NCBI RefSeq assembly: GCF_000023205.1
Contig: NC_012803.1
Coordinates: 750,001 to 782,000 of the forward strand
DNA from: Micrococcus luteus NCTC 2665
GTDB lineage: Bacteria > Actinomycetota > Actinomycetes > Actinomycetales > Micrococcaceae
Length of the DNA: 32,000 nt
Reading direction: 5' to 3'
The notes under the pieces are model-generated. The model made no database searches. It saw only the letters and a program-made list of their open reading frames with translations, and was not told where the DNA came from. Numbering within the stretch: position 1 is the stretch's first letter; every line of letters starts with the position of its first letter. Made by a program: the position numbers and the translations under genes. Below are positions 25,620 through 32,000 of the stretch, piece after piece.

Positions 25620-28600
25620 ATGGCGACCCGTACTTCCCCCACGCGTTCGTCCTCCTCCTCCGCGACGTCCCGCTCCGGCTCCGCCGGACGCCGAGGCTCC
25701 GGACGGAAGGGGTCGACCGCGACCGTCCCCGAGGCCGACCGGCCCGCCGCGCCCCTGCGCGCCCTGCACACCCTGTGGATGGGGCTGGCCACGCCGGTCG
25801 GCGCCGGCTTCCGCAAGCTCGGCCCGGACGTGCGCATCGACCGCGAGGAACGCCGTGACGGCACCGGCCTGCTCCTGCTGCTGCTCGCCGCGCTGATCGC
25901 GGCCGTGGAGTGGTGGGGCCTGCGCGGCACCGCCGTCGGCCGCGTGGTGCACGGGGTGGTGGGCGGCACCGTCGGGTGGTTCGCCCTCCTGGTGCCGATC
26001 GCCCTGCTCGTCGTGGCCGTGCGCTGCTTCCGCCACGCCACGGACCATCGCGCCAACGGGCGCATCATCATCGGCCTGCTCATGGCGACCGTCGCCGGCT
26101 CCGGCATCGCCCACCTCGTGGGCGGCGTGCCCTCGGCCGCCGAGGCCTTCGAGGACATGCTCGGCGCCGGGGGCATGGTCGGCTACCTGGCGACGGCGCC
26201 GCTGGCCTCCCTGCTGACACCCGTGCCCGTCTGGGTCCTCATGATCCTGCTGGCCTTCTTCTCGGTGCTCGTGCTCACCGCGACGCCCGTCGGTGCGATC
26301 CCGCAGCGGATCGCGGGAGGCTACGACTGGCTCACGGGCCAGGACCCCGAGGGCGCCTCCGAGCAGCGGGCCGCCCGCCGCGACGAGCGGCGCCGGGCCC
26401 GTGAGGTGCGCCGCGAGGCCGAGGACCTCGCCACCCCGCTCTCCGTGGACGCGGAGACCGGGCGCACCCACCCGGACCACGACCAGTCCTACCTGGACGG
26501 ACCGGCCGCCGGCTCCCACGCCGCCGGGGCCTCCCGCCCCGGCCTGTTCGCGCGCCTGTTCGGCGGGCGCCGGGCACGCGAGGATCAGGCCGCCGACGCC
26601 GCCCCGGAGCGCACCGCCGGCACCGCCTACGACTCCCCGGTGATCCACGAGGCCGAGGCCGGCTCCCACGCCGCCCCCGAGGCCGAGACCACCCAGGTCC
26701 TGCCCCGACCCGCCCCGCGGCGGGCCGCCCGCGGGGAGCACGGCGTGTTCGACGCCGAGCAGGCCGCCGCAGACGCGCGTGACCCGCGGGACGCGGACCA
26801 GGACGCCTCGGACGACTTCGACCCGTGGGTGGAGGAGGACGACGCGCCCGAGGACGCGGACGCCGAGCCGCAGCCGCCCGCCGGAGTGCGCCGGCCCACG
26901 GCCGCGGACCGTGCCCTCGAGCAGGTCCGCGAACACGCCCGCGCCCAGCGCGAGGCCGCCGCCCCGGCCGCCGCAGCCCTGGAGGAGGACGCGGGGGAGG
27001 ACACCCCGTTCGCCCTGGACGACGCCCCGGGCCAGGGCTCCGGGACCGCCGCGCCGTCGTCGTCCTCCGCCGTGCCCGCCAGCACCCCCGCACCGGTGCC
27101 GCCGGTGACCGCCGAACCGGCCCGCGGCACCCAGTCCCCGCTGGGCGGGGACGTGTCCTACACGCTGCCGCAGTCGGCCCTGCTCCCTGCCGGGCCCCAG
27201 CCGAAGGAGCGCTCCGAGGCCAACGACCGGGTCGTCGCCGCGCTGACCACCACGTTCACCGAGTTCAAGGTGGACGCCCAGGTCACCGGGTTCTCCCGCG
27301 GGCCGACGGTGACGCGCTACGAGGTCGAGGTCGCCCCCGGCACCAAGGTGGAGAAGGTGACGGCGCTGGAGAAGAACATCGCGTACGCGGTGGCCTCCTC
27401 GGACGTGCGGATCCTCAGCCCCATCCCGGGCAAGCGCGCGATCGGCATCGAGATCCCCAACACGGACAAGGAGGTCGTGGCCCTCGGCGACGTCCTGCGC
27501 TCGCAGGCCGCCCAGCGCACCGACCACCCGATGGTGATGGGCGTCGGCAAGGACGTGGAGGGCGGCTACGTGGTGGCCAACCTGGCGAAGATGCCCCACA
27601 TGCTCGTGGCGGGCGCCACCGGCGCCGGCAAGTCCTCGTTCGTGAACTCGATGATCACCTCGATCCTCATGCGCTCCACCCCGGACGAGGTGCGCATGGT
27701 GATGGTGGACCCCAAGCGCGTCGAGCTCACCGCGTACGAGGGCGTGCCCCACCTGGTCACCCCGATCATCACGAGCCCGAAGAAGGCGGCCGAGGCGCTG
27801 CAGTGGGTCGTCAAGGAGATGGACACCCGCTACGACGACCTCGCGGCGTTCGGCTACAAGCACGTGGACGACTTCAACAAGGCCGTCCGGGCCGGCCAGG
27901 TGAAGCTGCCGCCGGACTCCAAGCGCGTGCTGCGCCCGTACCCGTACCTGCTGGTCATCGTGGATGAGCTCGCGGACCTGATGATGGTCGCCCCGCGCGA
28001 TGTCGAGGACGCGATCGTGCGCATCACCCAGCTGGCCCGTGCGGCCGGCATCCACCTCGTGCTCGCCACGCAGCGGCCGTCCGTGGACGTGGTCACGGGC
28101 CTGATCAAGGCCAACGTGCCCTCACGCATGGCGTTCGCGACGTCGTCGGTCACGGACTCACGCGTGGTCCTGGACCAGCCCGGTGCGGAGAAGCTGCTCG
28201 GCCAGGGCGACGCCCTGTTCCTGCCGATGGGCAAGTCCAAGCCCATGCGCGTGCAGGGTGCGTGGGTCAACGAGTCCGAGATCCACGCCGTCGTGGAGCA
28301 CGTGAAGTCGCAGATGCAGGTCCAGTACCGCGAGGACGTGATCCCCGAGAAGACCGAGAAGGTCATCGACGAGGACATCGGCGACGATCTGGACCTGCTC
28401 CTGCAGGCCGTCGAGCTCGTGGGCACCACGCAGTTCGGCTCCACGTCCATGTTGCAGCGCAAGCTGCGGGTGGGCTTCGCGAAGGCCGGCCGCCTCATGG
28501 ACCTCATGGAGTCCCGCGGCGTCGTGGGCCCCTCCGAGGGCTCCAAGGCCCGCGACGTGCTGGTCAAGCCCGACGACCTCGCGGACGTGCTCGCCACCAT

Positions 28601-28772
28601 CTCCGGAGACACCCCGCCCTCGGTCGCATCCGGCGACGGCGCCGCCTCGGCGTCGGCCGGCCCGCGCGACCTGGTGCAGGAGGACCTGGACTCGCGCCCG
28701 GCGGCCGTGGACTGGAACGATGAGGACGACGACGAGGGATCGGAGGACGCGTGGCAGCTGACGGGCAGATGA
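25620..28772 (+). CDS. ftsK: DNA translocase FtsK
   Basis: N-terminal TM segments and a long acidic/Pro-rich linker. Walker A GATGAGKS and Walker [12 protein letters not shown]. The gamma winged-helix region is [26 protein letters not shown] 25620 is favoured by the -10/N7 geometry. ATG 25581 is the alternative. Confidence 0.95.
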   Translation: MATRTSPTRSSSSSATSRSGSAGRRGSGRKGSTATVPEADRPAAPLRALHTLWMGLATPVGAGFRKLGPDVRIDREERRDGTGLLLLLLAALIAAVEWWGLRGTAVGRVVHGVVGGTVGWFALLVPIALLVVAVRCFRHATDHRANGRIIIGLLMATVAGSGIAHLVGGVPSAAEAFEDMLGAGGMVGYLATAPLASLLTPVPVWVLMILLAFFSVLVLTATPVGAIPQRIAGGYDWLTGQDPEGASEQRAARRDERRRAREVRREAEDLATPLSVDAETGRTHPDHDQSYLDGPAAGSHAAGASRPGLFARLFGGRRAREDQAADAAPERTAGTAYDSPVIHEAEAGSHAAPEAETTQVLPRPAPRRAARGEHGVFDAEQAAADARDPRDADQDASDDFDPWVEEDDAPEDADAEPQPPAGVRRPTAADRALEQVREHARAQREAAAPAAAALEEDAGEDTPFALDDAPGQGSGTAAPSSSSAVPASTPAPVPPVTAEPARGTQSPLGGDVSYTLPQSALLPAGPQPKERSEANDRVVAALTTTFTEFKVDAQVTGFSRGPTVTRYEVEVAPGTKVEKVTALEKNIAYAVASSDVRILSPIPGKRAIGIEIPNTDKEVVALGDVLRSQAAQRTDHPMVMGVGKDVEGGYVVANLAKMPHMLVAGATGAGKSSFVNSMITSILMRSTPDEVRMVMVDPKRVELTAYEGVPHLVTPIITSPKKAAEALQWVVKEMDTRYDDLAAFGYKHVDDFNKAVRAGQVKLPPDSKRVLRPYPYLLVIVDELADLMMVAPRDVEDAIVRITQLARAAGIHLVLATQRPSVDVVTGLIKANVPSRMAFATSSVTDSRVVLDQPGAEKLLGQGDALFLPMGKSKPMRVQGAWVNESEIHAVVEHVKSQMQVQYREDVIPEKTEKVIDEDIGDDLDLLLQAVELVGTTQFGSTSMLQRKLRVGFAKAGRLMDLMESRGVVGPSEGSKARDVLVKPDDLADVLATISGDTPPSVASGDGAASASAGPRDLVQEDLDSRPAAVDWNDEDDDEGSEDAWQLTGR

Positions 28773-29383
28773 GCACGGCGGGCGGGGCGCAGCGGGTGTC
28801 CGCCTGGAACCTGCCGAACATCCTGACCTCGGTGCGCATCCTGATGGTGCCCTTCTTCGCCTGGGCGCTGTGGGCCGGCGGGCCGTGGGGCGGCGACTCG
28901 CTCGTCGCCCGGTGGCTCGCGCTGACGCTGTTCGCGGCGGCCATGTACACCGACAAGCTCGACGGGGACATCGCCCGCGCCCGCGGGCTGATCACCGACT
29001 TCGGCAAGATCGCGGACCCCATCGCGGACAAGCTGCTCACGGGCACGGCCCTCGTGCTGTTCTCCCTGCTGGGGGAGCTGTGGTGGTGGGTGACCATCGT
29101 GATCCTGGTGCGCGAATGGGGCATCACCCTGATGCGTTTCGTCGTGATCCGCTACGGCGTGATGCCGGCCGGCCGCGGGGGCAAGCTCAAGACCGTGCTG
29201 CAGACCGTGGGCATCGGCCTGCTGCTCCTGCCCCTGGCCCCGCTCGTGGGCGGCTGGTGGCCGTGGGCCGGCTGGGTGGTCATCGGGGCCGCCACCGTGC
29301 TGACGGTGCTGACCGGCCTGGAGTACGTGAAGGACGCATGGGTCCTGCGGCGGGACGCCCTCGCCGCCCAGCGGGGGGCCTGA
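28769..29383 (+). CDS. pgsA: CDP-diacylglycerol--glycerol-3-phosphate 3-phosphatidyltransferase
   Basis: CDP-alcohol phosphotransferase motif [30 protein letters not shown] 28769 overlaps the ftsK stop (ATGA). GTG 28751 is the alternative. Confidence 0.92.
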   Translation: MSTAGGAQRVSAWNLPNILTSVRILMVPFFAWALWAGGPWGGDSLVARWLALTLFAAAMYTDKLDGDIARARGLITDFGKIADPIADKLLTGTALVLFSLLGELWWWVTIVILVREWGITLMRFVVIRYGVMPAGRGGKLKTVLQTVGIGLLLLPLAPLVGGWWPWAGWVVIGAATVLTVLTGLEYVKDAWVLRRDALAAQRGA

Positions 29384-29387
29384 GGCG

Positions 29388-29915
29388 ATGACCATGGCGG
29401 CCGCCCGGGACGTGGTGCACGCGCTCGCGCGCGCGGGCCTCACGGTGGCGACGGGGGAGTCCCTCACCGCCGGCCTGCTGGCCGCGCGCCTGGCCGACGT
29501 CCCCGGGGCGTCGGCCGTGCTGCACGGCGGCGTGGTGGCCTACCAGAACGCCGTGAAGACCGGTCTGCTGGGTGTGCCCGAGGACCTGCTCGCGCGGGTC
29601 GGGGCGGTGGACGCGGACGTGGCCCGACGGATGGCCCTCGGCGCCCGCGCGGCCCTGGGCGCCGACGTCGGCGTGGCCACCACGGGCGTCGCCGGGCCCG
29701 AGCCCCACCAGGGCCAGCCGGTGGGCACCGTGTGGCTCGGCCTGGCCGTGCCCGACGCTGACGCGAACGTGCTGGACGTGCTCGGCGGCGAGCGCGACGG
29801 CGCGGCCACCGCGATCCTCCTCCGGTTCGACGGCGACCGCGCCGCGATCCGGGAGGCCACCGTCGCCGCGGCGCTGCAGGCCCTGACGCGCCTGCTCGCC
29901 GTACGCGGCCACTGA
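29388..29915 (+). CDS. cinA: CinA-family protein (stand-alone C-terminal PncC-type NMN amidohydrolase domain)
   Basis: ATGESLTAGLLAARL and VATTGVAGP motifs. The position after pgsA is conserved. Confidence 0.9.
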   Translation: MTMAAARDVVHALARAGLTVATGESLTAGLLAARLADVPGASAVLHGGVVAYQNAVKTGLLGVPEDLLARVGAVDADVARRMALGARAALGADVGVATTGVAGPEPHQGQPVGTVWLGLAVPDADANVLDVLGGERDGAATAILLRFDGDRAAIREATVAAALQALTRLLAVRGH

Positions 29916-29981
29916 GGCGGCACGGGGGCGCCGACCGGCCGCCTTGGCACCCCGTCCCTGGTGGCGGCCCGCCCCGCCGCG

Positions 29982-29987
29982 TAGGTT
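29982..29987 (+). promoter_or_regulatory. Candidate -10 hexamer TAGGTT, 7 nt upstream of ATG 29995 (leaderless)
   Basis: TAGGTT-N7-ATG(29995). Confidence 0.5.
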
Positions 29988-29994
29988 CGGCGCG

Positions 29995-31299
29995 ATGGAG
30001 ACCGCATCGCCTCCCACCCCGCCCGAGCGTGCGCCGCAGGACGGCGACGACGCCCCGGGCCCCCGCGTCATCGGCCTCGTGGCCGACCCGGGCACCCCGT
30101 GGGCGCTCGTGCGCCGCATCGCCGGGGACGTCGAGGACCGGCTCGACGAACGCCTGCCGCAGCCCGACGGCTGGCGGGTCGAGACACGGCAGGAGTCGCT
30201 GCCGGTCGGTGCGACCGGGGGCATGGTCCTGGAGGAGCCGGTCCGCTCCCTCGCAGACGGGCAGGGATGGGACACGGTGGTCGCCGTCGTCGACCTGCCC
30301 CGGTTCGACGACCGGCGCGGCGTGGTGGCGGACGTCGTGCCGCAGCTGCGGGTCGGCGTCGTGTGCGTGCCGGCGCTGGGGGTCATCACCCCGGCCCGCC
30401 GGCTGCGGGAGACGGTGCTGCGGATCGTCGAGCACATCGACACCGCCCCCCACGTGGACCCGCCGGACGGGGAGCTGGACGTGCAGTCCTCCGACGAGTC
30501 CGGCGAGGTGGAGGAGGACGGCGGCCGGTCCCCGGCGGACGAGCCCCCCGAGCCCGACACGGACGCGCTGCGGGGCATCGCCCCGCTGGGCGACGTCGAT
30601 GCGGACGTGACCACGACCACCCGGATGGGCGGCGGGTCCCGGCGCACGTCCACGGTGTACGTGAAGGGCTGGACGGGCACGCTGCGCCTGCTGGCCGGGA
30701 TGGTGATGGCCAACCGGCCGCTGCTCATGCCGCGGGACATGACGTTCACGATCGCCTCGGCCAGCGCGGCCGGTGCCTACGGCGTGTTCTTCGGCTCCAT
30801 CTGGGTGCTCTCCAGCGTGATGTCCCCGGGGCGGCTCGCGGCGATCAGCGTGCTGTCCGTCGTGCTGCTGGTGGCGTGGCTGGTCACCACGAACGGTCTG
30901 TGGACGCACGGTGCGGCCCATCGGCACAGCTCGCGGCTGGACAACCTCTCCACAGTGCTCACCGTGGGCCTGGCCTGCACCGTCGTCTACGTGCTGCTCT
31001 TCGTTACGCTGCTGCTGGTCGCGCTCATGATCATCCCCGTGGAGTACCTGGAGGAGGAGCTCGACCAGCCCAGCGGTGTGGGCGACTACGTCCGGCTCGT
31101 GTGGCTCGCGGCGTCGATGGGCACGATGGCCGGGGCCGTCGGCTCGAGCCTGGACGACTCCCACCGCATCCGGAACGCCACGTACTCCCTGCGGGAACGG
31201 CATCGGCGCTCGGAGCGGTACGAGGGCGACGAGGCCGCGGAGGGCCCGACGGCGGGGAGACGGTGTCTCGGGAATGAACGCGACCCCGCCCGGCGTTGA
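29995..31299 (+). CDS. Hypothetical 434-aa protein: N-terminal alpha/beta-like soluble domain, acidic linker, about 4-TM C-terminal module
   Basis: A long ORF with high GC3 by eye. It has alternating beta/alpha-like segments (VIGLVAD.., TVVAVVDLP.., VGVVCVPAL..) and an acidic stretch ([24 protein letters not shown]). Hydrophobic helices follow [14 protein letters not shown]. The tail is basic ([19 protein letters not shown]). I recognise no family. Confidence 0.7.
   Translation: METASPPTPPERAPQDGDDAPGPRVIGLVADPGTPWALVRRIAGDVEDRLDERLPQPDGWRVETRQESLPVGATGGMVLEEPVRSLADGQGWDTVVAVVDLPRFDDRRGVVADVVPQLRVGVVCVPALGVITPARRLRETVLRIVEHIDTAPHVDPPDGELDVQSSDESGEVEEDGGRSPADEPPEPDTDALRGIAPLGDVDADVTTTTRMGGGSRRTSTVYVKGWTGTLRLLAGMVMANRPLLMPRDMTFTIASASAAGAYGVFFGSIWVLSSVMSPGRLAAISVLSVVLLVAWLVTTNGLWTHGAAHRHSSRLDNLSTVLTVGLACTVVYVLLFVTLLLVALMIIPVEYLEEELDQPSGVGDYVRLVWLAASMGTMAGAVGSSLDDSHRIRNATYSLRERHRRSERYEGDEAAEGPTAGRRCLGNERDPARR
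31271..31297 (+). promoter_or_regulatory. Candidate ECF-sigma (SigH/SigR/SigE-type) promoter GGAAT-N19-GTT upstream of clgR
   Basis: GGAAT at 31271-31275 and GTT at 31295-31297, in the context cGTTGAA. The S. coelicolor SigR consensus, as I recall it, is GGAAT-N18-GTT, so the spacer here is 1 nt longer. The element overlaps the last codons and stop of the upstream ORF. Confidence 0.35.
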
Positions 31300-31480
31300 A
31301 TGTAACGAGTCAAGAAGAGTGCCCCGCGGGATCAGGCCCGCGGCCCGGCGCCCTTCAGGAAAAGTCCAGGAGCAGGCGATAGACATGAAGCGACATCCCG
31401 TCCATTCCCACGGAATCACGCGCTGGGTCGATGACCAGCCCCGTCCCCGCGCGGCCGCCCCCGACATCAAGGAGCGCAGC

Positions 31481-31786
31481 ATGCCCCTCCTCCGCCACGA
31501 GATCGGCGACGTCCTGCGCGACGTCCGGCAGCTCCAGGGCCGCACCCTGCGCGAGGTCTCGCACGACGCCCGTGTCTCGCTCGGCTACCTGTCGGAGGTG
31601 GAGCGCGGCCAGAAGGAGGCCTCCTCCGAGCTGCTGGCCTCGATCTGCCAGGCGCTGGACATCCCGCTGTCCTACCTGCTGCGGGAGGTCTCGGACCGGC
31701 TCGTGGAGCAGGAGGGCATGGTCGTCCCGGACACCCTGCCGGACGACCTCACGGACCCCAGCCTGGGCTCGCTGGCCGGCCGCTGA
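31481..31786 (+). CDS. clgR: XRE-family helix-turn-helix transcriptional regulator, ClgR-like
   Basis: [60 protein letters not shown] closely resembles actinobacterial ClgR as I recall it. AAGGAG (31469-31474) lies 6 nt upstream of ATG 31481. The pgsA/cinA ... recA neighbourhood is conserved. Confidence 0.8.
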   Translation: MPLLRHEIGDVLRDVRQLQGRTLREVSHDARVSLGYLSEVERGQKEASSELLASICQALDIPLSYLLREVSDRLVEQEGMVVPDTLPDDLTDPSLGSLAGR

Positions 31787-31799
31787 CCCCGCTACACCC

Positions 31800-31836
31800 A
31801 CGGCGCGGGCGCCCCGTCTCGGGGCGCCCGCGCCGT
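31800..31836 (+). terminator. Strong GC hairpin after clgR (U-tract-poor terminator)
   Basis: A 16-bp perfect stem: 31800-31815 (ACGGCGCGGGCGCCCC) pairs with 31821-31836 (GGGGCGCCCGCGCCGT). The loop is GTCTC. Confidence 0.6.
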
Positions 31837-31884
31837 CTGCGTCCCCGTCCCTGACCCCGCGACCGACCACAGAGAGGACCGCCC

Positions 31885-32000
31885 GTGCGCGAGAGCGAGT
31901 TCCGCCGGCTGATGGACGAGGAGTTCGGCCCCGCCCGGGCCGGCCTCGTGGCCGACTCCCTGCACCTGCCCGGCCTGGACACCACTGCGACGGCGGCGCT
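31885..32000 (+). CDS. DUF3046-family small protein (recA-upstream gene), 3' end outside the window
   Basis: (V)RESEFRRLMDEEFGPARAGLVADSLHLPGLD... follows the DUF3046 pattern as I recall it (R.TEF...FG...A..L..D..L..LGGRTA). GTG 31885 has GAGG (31874-31877) 7 nt upstream. The frame stays open to the window end. It is not in the supplied ORF track because no stop is reached. Confidence 0.65.
   Translation, partial: MRESEFRRLMDEEFGPARAGLVADSLHLPGLDTTATAA

Noticed and set aside
31385-31480. In-frame upstream ATG that would add 32 residues ([14 protein letters not shown]...) to ClgR
   Set aside because: It has no SD and lower GC3 (about 81% by my count). ClgR-family proteins start close to the HTH, and ATG 31481 has a well-spaced AAGGAG. 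It is kept only as a note in the clgR-leader finding.

Overview
Very GC-rich actinobacterial chromosome segment: third codon positions are almost all G/C, and every antisense frame stays open. The gene order follows the conserved housekeeping backbone known from Mycobacterium, Corynebacterium and Micrococcales. In order: rseP (5' truncated), ispG, GNAT, proS, TSUP permease, rimP-nusA-ylxR-infB-rbfA-truB, two small 4-TM proteins, ribF, SAM methyltransferase, CPBP protease (minus strand), rpsO-pnp, M16 peptidase, dapB, membrane protein, DUF418/DUF1624-like membrane protein (minus strand), dapA, rnj, ftsK-pgsA-cinA, an orphan 434-aa membrane protein, a clgR-like HTH regulator, and DUF3046 (3' truncated). 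I call 30 CDS, 28 of them on the + strand. I saw no rRNA, tRNA, CRISPR array, transposase, integrase or phage gene, and no defence-island-like gene cluster. This is core genome, and I cannot honestly point to a clear new multi-gene system. The observations most worth a second look are these. (1) The ylxR-infB spacer is 192 nt. It holds four TGA stops in exact 14-nt register, each fused to an ATG. These feed a 32-codon uORF that runs through a long hairpin, and a second hairpin then sequesters the infB Shine-Dalgarno. (2) A function-unknown 434-aa protein (alpha/beta N-domain, acidic linker, about 4 TM) sits between cinA and clgR with its own apparently leaderless promoter. (3) A TAGNNT-N7-ATG architecture recurs at six genes, predicts leaderless mRNAs and fixes their start codons. 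(4) A GGAAT-N19-GTT ECF-sigma-type promoter candidate lies upstream of clgR. (5) truB, two membrane proteins, ribF and the methyltransferase are linked by overlapping or abutting stop/start codons. All start codons and every RNA structure were worked out by eye and need computational or experimental confirmation.
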